Shown: one piece after another, positions 51,601 to 64,000 of the stretch
Position numbering within the stretch: the first letter of the stretch is position 1
Layout: the number at the start of each line of letters is the position of its first letter
Origin: Paragordius varius
Taxonomy: Eukaryota; Animalia; Nematomorpha
Direction: 5' to 3'
Assembly: GCA_964247055.1 (NCBI GenBank)
Contig: OZ176050.1
Location: 10,664,001-10,728,000 of the forward strand
Length of the DNA stretch: 64,000 bases
Notes under the pieces: model-generated
What the model saw: only the letters and a program-made list of their open reading frames with translations
What the model was told of the DNA's origin: nothing
Database searches by the model: none
Position numbers and translations under genes: made by a program

Positions 51601-54600
51601 ATTATCAGGTCGTTGTCTTCATTATGAGCTAGCTTCCATATTCTTGAGTCAAATAACTTGCGATCGAGACAGTCCTCTTTGGTCAGTTGAGTTAAGTTAA
51701 AGTAAGTCATGGCTAATTGTTTTTTCCCAATCGTGATATGATTTGTTTCGTCTTAAATTGCCGTTCGGATGAAAGAATCTAATTTTGTTAATCCCACCAT
51801 TTTGAGCGTTAAATGTGGCCCCAGTATATGAGACGATTTGCTCTGAGAAAAGAAGACATAGGTTGTGATATGAAACAGACTATGTATGCTTTTATTATTA
51901 TTTGTTTTATCATTGTGGTCCTGATTGGTGAGACATGAATTGAGGATTTTTCTTTCTATTTCGCATAATTTATTTTCATTAGTTTGATTTAAGGGCCATT
52001 ATTCGCTAGCATATGTGAGGGCAGGGCGAATGGCAATCGTGTAGATTTTGCCCTTGTTTCGGTTTGAAATGTGTTTGTGTTTCATTATAAAATTGAGTTG
52101 ATGGAATTTGGCCCAAGCTTAATGTGTTCGTGTTGTTATGGCGTTTTAACATTGTTATCAGCTGCTATTGTGTCACCCAGGTAATTGTACTTGTTTACTA
52201 TTTCAATGTTATGGGAGGCAGGTAGTTTGCGTGTGAGTTTTTATCTGGTGTTGCACAAACTTTATATAATTTTTTAATTCCCGTGGGAGATACCAATCAA
52301 TTCCCAGTTACTGTTGGAGCAGGGTTTCATCCTCAGTCCATTACTATTTATCATTATTTTGGATGTAATAACTGATAATATGAAAACAGGTTTACCTTTC
52401 GAAATGGTGTACGCTGGCGATATAATACTAACAGCCACCAGCCAAATAGTCATCATCAATAAATATTACTTTTGGAAATCTAAATTAGAAAATTTGGCCT
52501 CAAAAATGACACAGATAAAACAAAGACTTTAATCAGAGGCTCACATGTACCTATAATAAAATTCCCTTGCTTTATTTATGACTCTGAAGTGAAACTTAAT
52601 TCCATTAAATGCACTAAATGTCAACTATGGGTCCACAAAAAGAGCTTACAAATTAAAGGAAGTTTATTAAGGATTAAAAAATTTTTATGTAAAGCTTGTG
52701 CAACACGAGATAAAAACTCACACTCAAATTACCTGCCTCCCATAACATCGAAATAGTAAACAAGTGCAATTACCTGGGTGACACAATAGCAGCTAATATT
52801 AATATTAAAACCCCATAACAACACGAACACATCAAGCTTGGGCCAAATTCTATCAACTCAGTCTATAATGAAACACAAACACATTTTAAGCCCCATCAAG
52901 GACAAAATCTACACGATTGTTATTCGCCCTGCCCTATGTGCTAGCGAAAGTTGGCCCTTAAATCAAACTAATGGAAATAATTTATGTGAAATAGAAAGAA
53001 AATTCCTCAACTCATGTCTCACCAATCAGTACCACAATAATAAAACAAATAATAATAAAAGCATACATAGTCTGTTTAATATCACACCTAGGTCTTCTTT
53101 TCTCGGAGCAAATCATCTCAGATACTGGGACCATATTGGCTGCTCAAATGATTGGATTAACAAAATTAGATCCTATCATCCGAACGGGAATTTAGGACGC
53201 GGCAGACCATATCATGATTGGAAAAAAACAATCAGCTATGACTTAAACTTAACCAATTGAAGACGACTGTCTCGATCGCAAGTTATTTCGCTTTAGAATT
53301 TGAAAGCAATCTAATGTTGGAATAACAACGACCTGATGATCTTTATAATTAAATGTATATTTCAAGATTATTTGACAACACTATTGACATATTTTGCTAA
53401 TAATTATTTTGATTCAAATTTAATTTTATTTATTTGACTATTAGATTACACATTTATACACAACTACAGTATTATACATCGTACATTTTATCTCTATGTA
53501 TCGAATGGGGTTCAGCGTGTCAAATATTATTTTGCATGGATGTGTGGTATATAATATTTTAGAGAAGCATTAATTGTTTTATTTTAATATCCTTAATTTT
53601 TTATTCCGCCTAATTTGTTTCTTTTGTTTTACTAGGGAGTTGAAATGTTTTCATTATAATTATAACTTAAAATTTATTTCCATTTTGATAAAAATTAGCC
53701 GATTTGGTTAGTAATGTATCAGGGTTGGGCTTCAATGGATTCAAAAATATTCCTTTGTCACCTTCACAAGAATCAGAATACGACAAAACAGAAAATCGTG
53801 AAACAAATTTGCAGCAACAAGTTACCAAAGGTTATATAACATTTTTTAGTTTAAATCATTAAAAAAATTAAGAAGATAATTTTGTTGTTCTATATTTTAA
53901 ATTATATTTAAGGGATTTATTTTTTATATCACTTAATTCAAATGATTTTTTTTCCTAAAAGATTTGTTTGCTATAAACAGCATTGTACAGAATATTAACA
54001 GGATAATGAAAAACTAAAAATAAATTTTCAAATTATATTTTTTCTTACATTAATTTAATTATTTTTGGTAATGGAAATGCTAAATGTCAACGGTACTTTA
54101 AATAAAAAAATATGAATTTTAAATTTAATAATGTGTTGAATTTAGAAGTTTATTACATTAAATAACATTTCTTTTTTACCACTCTTTTTCCAATTAAATC
54201 TTAATCCGATGTTATTGATTTAACAATAAAACTACTGTTTATAGCGCATCTTTCAACGTAAAAATATACCAGCCAGGATCGATCGCTAAATGATATTATG
54301 CAAAATACGATTATTGAAATATATTTTTTATTTTTACTAGTATTAAATTACCATTCAATATTGTAACTACCCAAAATAACTACCCAAAGCAAATATGACC
54401 CATTATAAAACATTTTAGACATTTCTAATGCACATTTTTTTGTACGCTTATGCGCAGAACCAGATTGGAACCTGATATCTAACATTCATATTTGGGCGTT
54501 TGAAACATCGTTATCGCTTCACGCTGCTTTGGCCAATTGGAATACAAGTACTATGGCTTGGCTCAGACACCTCGTGTATGAACGCATAGCACATCAACGA

Positions 54601-55716
54601 ACCCTTGCAGTTTATATAGTTTCAGCTCTGTGGCACGGTCTTTGGCCCGGTTACTATTTAACGTTTGTTTCGGGTGCTCTGTTCACGGAAGCCGCTAAAA
54701 TGGTATAATAATTACGTAATGGTTAAGTATAAATGTGTGGCGTTATTTTAGTCCAGTTTTACTCATACCAATAAAAAATGAAGGGGTCAGTTATACGTGG
54801 CATATACAAATACACAGGCAAAATGTTAAAACTAAACGACAAATATTTTTTGGGAAAAATACAAAGTAACTTTATTAATAAAGTTGGTGATTCTGTAAGA
54901 TAATGAATGATACACGAAAATTAAGAAAATTAATTGAAAGTTATATTGATTAACAGAAATTTTCAATTAATTTCCTATTTAATTTTCGTTTAACATTATT
55001 TACGGATTTAAAACTGTTATTACAAAGCATAATCAATCCGTTATTTACCATTACAATACTTACTATATTAAACCTTGATTATTTAATATAACTCATTGTA
55101 TTGGGTTTCAAAATGGGGAATAGAAATATATATCGGTCCCACACCCAATTATTTTTAAAATTGTAATTATATAGTTTTAAGAAATTTTAAAGTTTTAAAA
55201 AGTGTCGTTGTCTTTTAGTGTTTTTATTTTGTCAGTTTTAATTTGTATTGTGATACCAACGATTATTGTATAGCTATTTGTCACATTTATAGATATTTAT
55301 AATCTAAAGAAGCAAATCAAAATATGATGTATTATTTAGGGGGTATATGTTGCTCGTTTTATCTAATTTGTATATTTAAGGTTTTAAAAATAGGCTCTTG
55401 ATGATTTGTCGTTAAAATTATATCTTACACTAAAAAAATAATGTATTTTTTTTACATTTAAGGTTAGATGCACTAGATTTATAATCCTAAATGGCATTTA
55501 TCTTTTTAACTCCTTATATCATTTTTTGTGTTACAACAGAATCGTCGAAAATACAGGAACCTGTTTATGTGCAATAAATACGTAGCTAACGTGTACCACG
55601 TGATGACGTTTATTCTTACTCGCATAGTATTGGCTTATGTTAGTACACCGTTCGTTATACTTAGATTGCTCCCTAGCCTTATAATATATGAGTATTATAT
55701 TCTTTACATCTTCAAA

Positions 55717-55762
<46 letters not shown>

Positions 55763-56156
55763 GAAAAGGTTAAGGTAAAAAGAATGCGGTCAAATTATCA
55801 AATTTTGAAAGTTGTCGTATTAAACAATTCCTACTAGCATTGGCTGTATATAGAAAAAAGTCGGGTAAAAATTGGTTGACTTTTTCTTTTTAATTTATGG
55901 TTTTTAATCAAACTTTGACTTTGATTAAATATTTATTTGGTATTTGTCCCAATATTGTGGGTAAAATTAAAAATGATATAATCGTTTATATCATTACTTA
56001 ATTCTATTTCATTTTATAAATCTATTTATAATATTATGTAATATTTGTAGATCAATGTACTATTGGCCTCATGTATTAGCTTTGATAAGTATGGGACTAT
56101 ATTATATTAAACCTCCTGCTTTGAGTCATAAAAAATCTCCTACCTATGCATCGTGA
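48681..56156 (+). CDS. MBOAT2: Lysophospholipid acyltransferase, MBOAT1/2 (Oysgedart) type, about 578 aa, 13 exons
   Basis: Exons 48681-48764, 48787-48932, 48956-49036, 49099-49191, 49428-49556, 49917-50047, 50768-51012, 51329-51419, 53445-53546, 53699-53830, 54458-54702, 55540-55691, 56051-56156 (1737 nt). Motifs LPIDQLNFV, DITGPLMVMTQKLT.LAFSLHDG, LAGP, KYYFAW, NWNTSTMAWLRHLVYER, catalytic SALWHGLWPGYY. Confidence 0.95.
51591..52262 (-). mobile_element. RTE-like LINE 3' portion with (TGA)n tail
   Basis: Reverse complement aligns to 52690-53341 and ends acaacgacctgataatgatgatga. Confidence 0.8.
52270..53341 (+). mobile_element. RTE-like LINE fragment: RT C-terminal part, Cys/His (PHD-like) insert and 3' tail
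   Basis: QGFILSPLLFIIILDVIT..GLPFEMVYAGDIIL (RT QG..SP and YADD motifs), KFPC..NSIKCTKCQLWVHKK..FLCKAC, IYTIVIRPALCASESW, LRYWDHI; ends acaacgacctgatgat. Confidence 0.85.
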
Positions 56157-57319
56157 AATAAGAAAAAACGCTGATAATTTTTTATTTATATTGTTTTTTA
56201 TAATTGAATAATGGGAGTGTTTGCAGTCAAATTGCTTTACCTGTTTTAGTTTTAAACTTTTATGCCCGTATAAATTTTATAAAAAACATGTGAATCCTAT
56301 TTAATGAAATTTAAAATCTATATCTACCATATGGCATGTGATTTAAACACAAATTGTGCAAAATATTTTTGTTACCAATTAAGTTCTAAGTACTGTGTAT
56401 ATTAAACCTGATAATTTTTGCAATATCAACCATAATATATTGTGTTTTTTTATTTTTTATTCCTTTCAATTTAAGCAAAAATTTTGTAATGAATCAATTT
56501 TTTTCCAATATATGCCTTGGTTTGAAATAACGAAACCTAAATAAATTTTTCTTATAAAACTTTTTTTATTTCAATGACACATACCTTCTAATTTTAAAAT
56601 TTATAGTATGTTCCATATAAAATTTTAACATTCAGAAAAAAAGGATTTCTCAACATATTTTGGCCATTAAATTAATTAGTTGATTTCAAAACTTACATTA
56701 CATTAACATAATTAGATAATTTGCTAATTAATCTCTCAATATTCAAACATATATTTGGTTAAAAGAAAGCGAGGCGTATAACTATTCAAATTATATTTCA
56801 TATGAAAAAATTTTCGAATATCTTGAAATATCTTTAATTAATTAAATAGTTAATAAAAAGTTTTAATATGAACATTTTTTTAGTTATACAAGTAGAAATT
56901 GGTAATCACATTAACAAGTAGGGGAATGTATTTTAGCTATATAATTAAAATACTTTTTTCTTAACTAGACTTTATGATGATCTAATCTAGATTAATTATC
57001 AATGGAATTTGATTTTTTAATATGTGGTAGCCAAGACAGTATTCCAAAAATATAAAAAACTGAGAATCATGAAATTAATCATTAAACATTTAATTAATTT
57101 TTTATGCGTATACTTGAAAATCTGGAAATACATAAAAACAAATAAAAGGGATCTTATATAAATATTATTTTAGTCATTTCTTAATTCATGAAAGTGGTGC
57201 GTACAATGTATCCTCCATATTATGTGTATTGAAATAATAAATATGGTTAAGTAATTGAAAAATGCTTGAAGATAAAAGAAACCTCAATTAAGAAAAATAA
57301 TAATGATTAAAATATTATA

Positions 57320-58060
57320 CTGTTACAGGGTATGTGGAGTGAACACTCAGAGTAAAAGCAACTTAGGGTGTTTTTGAGGTCTCATTGTAGAGATCTGCTA
57401 TCATTCTATTATTTTGTAACTGAATTAAATCTTTAATGGGTTGTTGTGGAAATTACGATGGCCTCTTTATATATCTAAAATTTTAAATATAATTCAAACA
57501 AAAGGCTAACAACTGGTAGAAAAGTTATGCATTATGGTTATAATAAGCTTAAAAAAGTTTCCATTGTGGTGTGGATGAAAATATAGATTGAGGAGACAGA
57601 ATTAATATAGAAAGATAAGCTTTTGGTGCAGTTCGCTGATAGTATGAATTAATAAAAATATCTTAAAGTGCAATAGGTTAAAAATTTTAATCTATATGAT
57701 ATATTGATAAGATAAAAAGTAAGATTTATGGTTTTGTGATTTAGCAAACCATGGTGGATAACTCATTTGGGCGCTTAGGAAACCTAAAGAAAGAAATTGT
57801 TTTGGCTAAAAAGCAGAGCTACAAGGGAAGATAAAATAAGAAATAAATATATATTATATGAATTTATGAGTTAAATTGTTAGCATGATGGCAAACGGACT
57901 GAGATAGTTTGGGTAAGAGTGGAGAGAAGAAGATTATATAAAGCATATTGATAATGAGGACAACCAAACAACTTGATGTAAGAAGAAACATTCGCATTGG
58001 AATTAACGGTACATGCACAGAGAGGATACCGAAATTGACGATGACCTATTGTACAAGAGT
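57320..58060 (+). mobile_element. Highly degenerate RTE-like remnant
   Basis: Traces such as MMANGLR*FG*..ERR (LRWFGHVERR motif); many stops. Confidence 0.4.
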
Positions 58061-58066
58061 TTTATC

Positions 58067-58754
58067 TAGAGTTGTGCTGACCAAGTCATAGCCCGGTCAA
58101 TTGACCGGATCATGACCAGGTCAGTGACTATTTATTTTTTGACCATGGTCATTATAAAACAGCTGTTTTTTGAAAAATTGCTGGTAAATTTTTTTGGAAA
58201 AGAGATAGTAATGATATTTTTAAAAAATATAAATTAAATATTAAAATAAGCTAATTTAACAATATAAAATTGTTAAACACGCATCCTTATAACAATATCA
58301 TTAAGCATATCCAGTCATTTCGAAAAACATAAAAATCAAGCACTTTGCAAAACATGCAATTATTCCATATATGTGAATCAATAATATGCAAAAACACTTT
58401 TTAATTGGATATTTCAATGATGAAAGAACGTGTAAAACAAGCTAGGTAAAATATTATTCCAAATATCCAGTATTAAAAGCTATGCATTTAAAGATAGGCC
58501 ACAAACATGTGGCAGAATTTTAATAACAAAATTCTTGATTAAATTTTATTGAAAATATTTGTAAATAATAAATATTAAAAGTATAATTTAAACTTTTAAG
58601 AAAAAACATGACATTATTAGAACGCAAGTGTCGTTCAAAACATCATTTTCACAATCCAATAGCATCGTATTTACTGAGGTAAAAAGTGGTCATGACCGTG
58701 GTCTGACTGTGTCACCGGACTTTTTTGAAAAAGCAGTCAAATGCACAACCCCCA
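58067..58754. mobile_element. Putative hAT-like MITE
   Basis: Ends tagagttgtgc..tgacc / ggtca..tgcacaacccc with clustered tgacc/ggtca subterminal motifs; no clear TSD. Confidence 0.4.
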
Positions 58755-60156
58755 GTGGTATTTACTAAAAAATTGTAAAAGGCCGCATAAATTATTGATC
58801 ATGTCTCAAGGGCCATTACCGTTTAATAACCACAAATATTGCATAAATAATTGATATATGCAGATATTTGTAGTCTAAATAGGCACATAAACAATTAAAT
58901 GGATAATTCAGGGCCATAAAAAAGCACTTTAAGGTCCGCGATTCGAGTACCGCTGATTTGGACACAATGTAAGAATTAGTTTTTAGACATTGCAAAATAA
59001 AGTAGTAAAAAACATTTGTTATTGCAAACGTTAAATAAAATATAATTTGCCTTAAGAAGATAAATGTACCTAAATGTGCTCATTTAAAATCAAATTCCCA
59101 CATCTATTGACACGGATAGTAGGGAGGGAAAGGTTAACTACGCCACTTAAGCCTAATTAAAACAAAACAAATTCCCATGGCGAATATTAGAATCTTGAAT
59201 TAACTGTCCAATGCTGAAACAATCATTAATACAAAGTGTATATCAAATCATAATAAAATAAAATGAAGTACAAACATTTTTTTAAGTAATATTCGCATTA
59301 AGGAGAATTAGAGGTGATCTGGGAATAATTACAAATATAAAGGGCGCAATAACCAGAAATATCGAATGGAGCCTGAGTAGTTTTAATCACAAATTAAAAT
59401 ACAAAATTTTAAAAGCCCCCAAAATAAAGGTGAATCCAATTTTTTAAACCTACTGCGTTGCTTCTAAATAATTTCTAATTGTAAGGGCTCTGGAATAAAA
59501 TAATTTTTTATATTTATGCCATATATGCTTACGGTCGTATATTTTGAAAAATTTTTCATATTTATCCAAAAATTAAAATATATGGAGAGTGTCGGAAAAT
59601 TTTTACGTGTCCATAAATCAAAAGAGAAGCTTATCAAAAACGCCCTATCATCATCTTATCTTCCACTCTGTATACACTCCTTTAATGGATTTATATAATT
59701 AAAAAATTATAATAAACTAAAAATACAACAATCTTAGAAAATATTTTAGTAGCGCGTATAATTTTTTTATTTTATGGTAAAAATTCAAATTATAATTTGG
59801 TTTTAGTTGATAATAATTAAAATTATAATGCAATAAAGATCATTAAACAGAGTTAATAAGTTATCCCGACCCCTGTATTATCTAGAAAAAGTGTTTTATG
59901 ATATTTTAAAACTATTTGCACCTCTTGGAGTTAGATTATCGATAAATTTTGATAAATACAGCTTATTAACATTTTCTTATATGTACAACTACATTATAAC
60001 TGAAATTTAAATCAAACATTGTTAGAGATTTTTGTTTAAATAGTAATTGTTTGAAGTATTTACGTTACAATCGTTTATTATTTACTTTGTTGGGTAACAT
60101 AAAATGCGAGTCGCTTTTGAGTACCGTTGTTTTATATCGGTTATTTCTCTCTCTCC

Positions 60157-60194
<38 letters not shown>

Positions 60195-60470
60195 TATATC
60201 AAAAAACTTTACAACATTTATTACAGAGGACAGTGTGCTAATATGACGTTCAATGGTAATGGTGCGCGAAATTTAAAAGATATATTAATAGCAAATCCAA
60301 TGTATAAAAAAATTTCATGTATCATGTGCATTTTTAGTGTGGTCTTTATATATAGTATGCCATATAACAAAAATAATTATATTTTTTTTATTTTTTCATT
60401 AGTATCATATTGTATAATATCCATAAACGTTTTTTTCTAGTATTTTGGGATGTTTACCACCTTTTATGAG

Positions 60471-63400
60471 TCAGCTTGATATGCGCTCCCGTTTTCGACC
60501 TAATACAAAAATGTTATATACAATTTGTCAAGGCAATATATTTCGAACAAGTCTTTTAGTAACTAGGGTAAGGACTGGCACTAGAGCATTTTTGGGTTCT
60601 TCTTTACTTTATGAATTTAAATTCCAACTTTTTTAAAAATTTCGTTAAAATACAAATTTCGCCTTGCCACCGACTATGACCTTGATTCAATTAAAATCAT
60701 AAAAAATATGGGTATTTTTGGTGTGTGCAACAACTAGAATCAATTATTTGTTAACTTACATTGATCTACAAATTCATCTATAGAATATTATAATTTATAA
60801 TTGAAAGTAAAAAACAATCTCAGATATCTATGTCGTTTTCATAAAAGAAAATTTTTTTATCCGTATCAATTATGCTCTTTTTATTTCTTAATCTTAACAT
60901 AATCAAGGGTTCGTTCGTTCGTTCGACCCATGTAAATTTTCAAAACTTATGGCTAGCGAAAAGTATTATACCAGCCTCATTGACTGAAGAAGCTTGTTTC
61001 TGATGTAAAATCATGTAAGCCTTTTTCGAGCGTCGGTTAATAGCTCTCAAATTTTCCAAAGAAGCATAGAGTGAAGGCCAATTGTCTCCTCCTACACTGT
61101 AATCTTGGTAGGGGGAACCGAGGTAAGCCCTTCGACCAATAATTAACCCCATTTCATCATCATCCTCATTATCATCCAAGTCACGTTCAGGACTCCGTTT
61201 TGTTCGGTAGTGATTTGCTGTATCAAACGAGGATATTTTAGAATCATAATGTCCATTCGTATTTAAAGCAATATTGTTAAAGGGTTTTTTTGGATCTAAA
61301 GTATATGTAACAAATGTAATAACAAAAATAATTTGATCGAAAATGAGTGTTGCTTGGAATATATACAGGCTTCAAAATATTTACTTTATAATATACGCAT
61401 AAAAATGGATGATGTTTTTTCTGAGAATCAAATTATATCATTCCTGGTATTCGCAATTTAACCAAAAATAAAATCGGGTGTTTCGGTTCCAACTTATTTA
61501 AAATTATAAAGAGTGAAAATTTTGCTAATTATTAAAATATGTATATTATTTAAGGGGAACACTATATAAGGACTCATTTGTAGGATTGTAAGGTATTATA
61601 ATGACAGCGTATTTAGATTTCTTATGGCCTGTTTAAACTCAATATCGTTTTATATATAAGAAGATAATTGCCCATTTTACCACATTATCAGTACATAATG
61701 CGAGATGCTATGAGGGCGCAATTTGCGCTGTTTCTAGGCATATATCAGGGATCTGTAAGTTTATAACTAATTAAAATATTAGATAATGCAAACTCTATGG
61801 ACATCCATTATTACAATTACTTTTAAATCTCTTGATTCGGCTATCCGTACCTTAACTTGCAACTTATGATTTCCAATTATAATTTTTTGATCTATAAATT
61901 ACTCCGAAAATAAACTCTGCGATCAACCTTTTTTGTGCTGATTTTTTATTAATTTGACCATTTTCGATGGTATAATAGGTAGGGCGCCGGGCTCTTGCAC
62001 TGTGTGTGTAGAAAGAGACAGTATCCCGAAGCTGAGCAAATTCACCATTACTGTTAGCCTTGGGTAGGCAAGTGTTACCGCTTTCACAAGACCTAATATA
62101 CAATAAGTCACTGCACTTTGTTAAATGCAAACTGAAAAAAGAGATTCTTAACCAGTGATATTTAAACCGCGGTTCTAAAATACTTTTTTATGGCCCTGGA
62201 TTGTTTATTAGATTTTTAGTAACTTATTTTGAGTGTAATTCAAATGTGTCAATCAGTTTTTATCGGTATTATATGGGGACGGCGCTTGAGACAAGATACA
62301 TATTTTTTTGCGGCTCTTTATCATTATTTGGTGAATATCACTGCTTTTAAACTGTATTTTTTCATTTTTACCTCTTTTTGTCGAAATGAACCTTTGTGAC
62401 TTTTCTTAATCATTTAATCTTGTATACCATTTACATTTCAAATTCACCCTTAATTCCGATTCACCCTCGAACAATTCAAATTCACCCTAGAATGTGTTTT
62501 TAAGATTAATTATTGCCTCTATTTTTATATATTTTTAAAAAATAAAATTTTGTTTTGAATTAAAATTATACTAAAAAAATAATAAATTATTCCATAAAGA
62601 TATTTTATATTAATAATGAGTTACATTAGTTCGAAAACACATGATTTATTTTTAGGGTGAATTTGAATTGCAAAGGTATATAATGAAGTTTTAGCGGATT
62701 TTCTTACCCCACAAAACAAGTTTGTATTTTTGCACCAACCAATAAATAGCAGTTGACAATATTCTAAAATTGAATTATGACTTTTTTTATGAAATTTTTG
62801 TTTGCGCAGTCTCCGCCTAAAAAAAGGTTTGTTTGACTACAGTTTGAAATGAACCCAAAACAAACCATGTTTAATGTTCCCTTGATTTCCCAATTTCATT
62901 TCCAAAAATTTTGGCTTGACCGTTTGTTGTGGATTGTAGTAATTAAAAAAGCTTTTGTATATTTGTCCTTAATTACTTGATACCACAAAAAGGTAACACA
63001 TCAATCATAAAAAATTAATTACAAACGTGATATGTAAAAGTTTTTTTATATGTAAAACTTTATTTTTTATTTTTGGTTATTATAATACTGAAATTTTTTG
63101 AATCATTTTAATTTTAAAACAAGCAATGATAAATAATGACGCGTTATTTTCCTTGATACACCATTTATAATTTTGATAAAAATACAAATGATATATACTA
63201 AAATTAATTAATTTTTATAATGGTTTCCTGTATAAAATAAATAATATGTGACAAGAGTTACCTAAAAATGAACAAAAAACGTTACGTCAATAATAATGAT
63301 AATTAATAAACAAAATTTTATAAAAACGAAACAATTTGTTTTATTTTTCATTTCAAATCCCCTAAATTTTAGGTAATTTTGTATGAAAAAAAATTTGTCA

Positions 63401-63952
63401 ACACATCAATCACAGTTTGGTCTGGTCTAATATGGCGTGGTGATGAGACCTACAATAACCATTTAGTTACTAATAATAACATAACAAGGTTTTTAAATTA
63501 ATTAATTAATCAAAAAAGTTGATATTTTCTGTTGTTCATGTATAACAATATATATATTATTGCATTTTGAAATACTGATAGAAAGTAACAGTTTATATTA
63601 CCAACAATTTTCACACCATAGGTGTCAAATATACGACATAATACACAAAAATAAATTGTTATCATCAGGTGTGTTTGACAAATGGGATTAAGCCTAAGAT
63701 GGATGTACACAGGGTAAAATCTTTCCATTCAATTTTGATAATTAAAATTTCAGTTGCAAAAAAATGTAAAAAAACCTACCTCTCTTATTTCCCTTTTGAA
63801 TATCAGGAAAAAAAAGTTTTACCTGATAACCCCTTTGATTCATATCTGCCTGGTCTAAGAACAGATTTTTCTTGATTTGAAATCGGAATAAGTAATGCGG
63901 CGAATATGCATATCAAACACAAAGCCATCTTCTTATCTGTAAGTTGTCCCAT
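60471..63952 (-). CDS. Secreted neuropeptide-like precursor (tentatively CRF/DH44/NLP-49 family); middle exons unresolved
   Basis: Exon 1 63952-63823 MGQLTDKKMALCLICIFAALLIPISNQEK.. (signal peptide, donor gtaaaa); coding block from 62131 (after ttttttcag) with CSDLLYIRSCESGNTC..RARR; exon 61295-60972 ..HYRTKR-SPERD..MGLIIGRR-AYLGSPYQDYSVGGDNWPSLYASLENLRAINRRSKKAYMILHQKQASSVNEA; phase-matched last exon 60499-60471 completes G-RKR-ERISS*. Confidence 0.65.
62153..62343. mobile_element. hAT (Charlie-type) MITE
   Basis: TIRs CAGTGATATT...AATATCACTG, internal gcggctc motif, degenerate 8-bp flanks ttcttaac / cttttaaa. Confidence 0.7.
62423..62680. mobile_element. MITE, second copy of 3334-3644
   Basis: tataccatttaca...tgcaaaggtata; internal sequence is the diverged reverse complement of 3334-3644. 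Confidence 0.75.
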
Positions 63953-64000
63953 TATAACTGGTGGTCTTTATAAAAAATAAATTAACTACTGGTGGTTAAA

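Noticed and set aside
62132-62174. Apparent 22-nt exon plus 21-nt micro-intron in the neuropeptide-like gene
   Set aside because: The supposed exon is the terminal inverted repeat of the hAT MITE at 62153-62343, and the interval is in frame without a stop, so nothing requires the splice; excluded from the micro-intron count.
1-64000. Non-standard genetic code, CRISPR arrays, rRNA/tRNA genes, horizontally acquired intronless genes
   Set aside because: TAA, TAG and TGA all serve as terminators and conserved exons need no reassignment; no repeat-spacer array, structured RNA gene or prokaryote-like ORF was seen.

Overview
Very AT-rich eukaryotic (animal) genomic DNA with spliceosomal GT-AG introns and the standard genetic code; I saw no rRNA, tRNA or CRISPR. 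Hand-spliced, frame-consistent gene models: SEC24C/D (+, 2041-16150, 24 exons), kinesin-14/KIFC1-like (+, 19454-23807), a pigment-dispersing factor (PDF) neuropeptide precursor (+, 29738-33047), an orphan 526-codon Asn/Lys/Thr-rich ORF (+, 33457-35037), ACOT9 (+, 39183-44763), NDUFS5 (-, 46587-48568) head-to-head with an MBOAT1/2-type lysophospholipid acyltransferase (+, 48681-56156), and a second secreted neuropeptide-like precursor (-, 60471-63952; CRF/DH44/NLP-49-like by inference). Introns and intergenic DNA are full of RTE and CR1-like LINE remnants, non-autonomous Helitrons, hAT-type and foldback MITEs. Main observation: 7 of 52 modelled introns are only 22-33 nt long, all start within about 275 nt of a start codon, and the other 45 are all at least 61 nt. 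This suggests a distinct class of 5'-proximal micro-introns in a genome that is not compact. The PDF sequence mixes arthropod-like and nematode-like features, compatible with a nematoid host such as a horsehair worm or an early-branching nematode; that is inference only. All coordinates were counted by hand; protein identities come from recalled motifs, not database searches.
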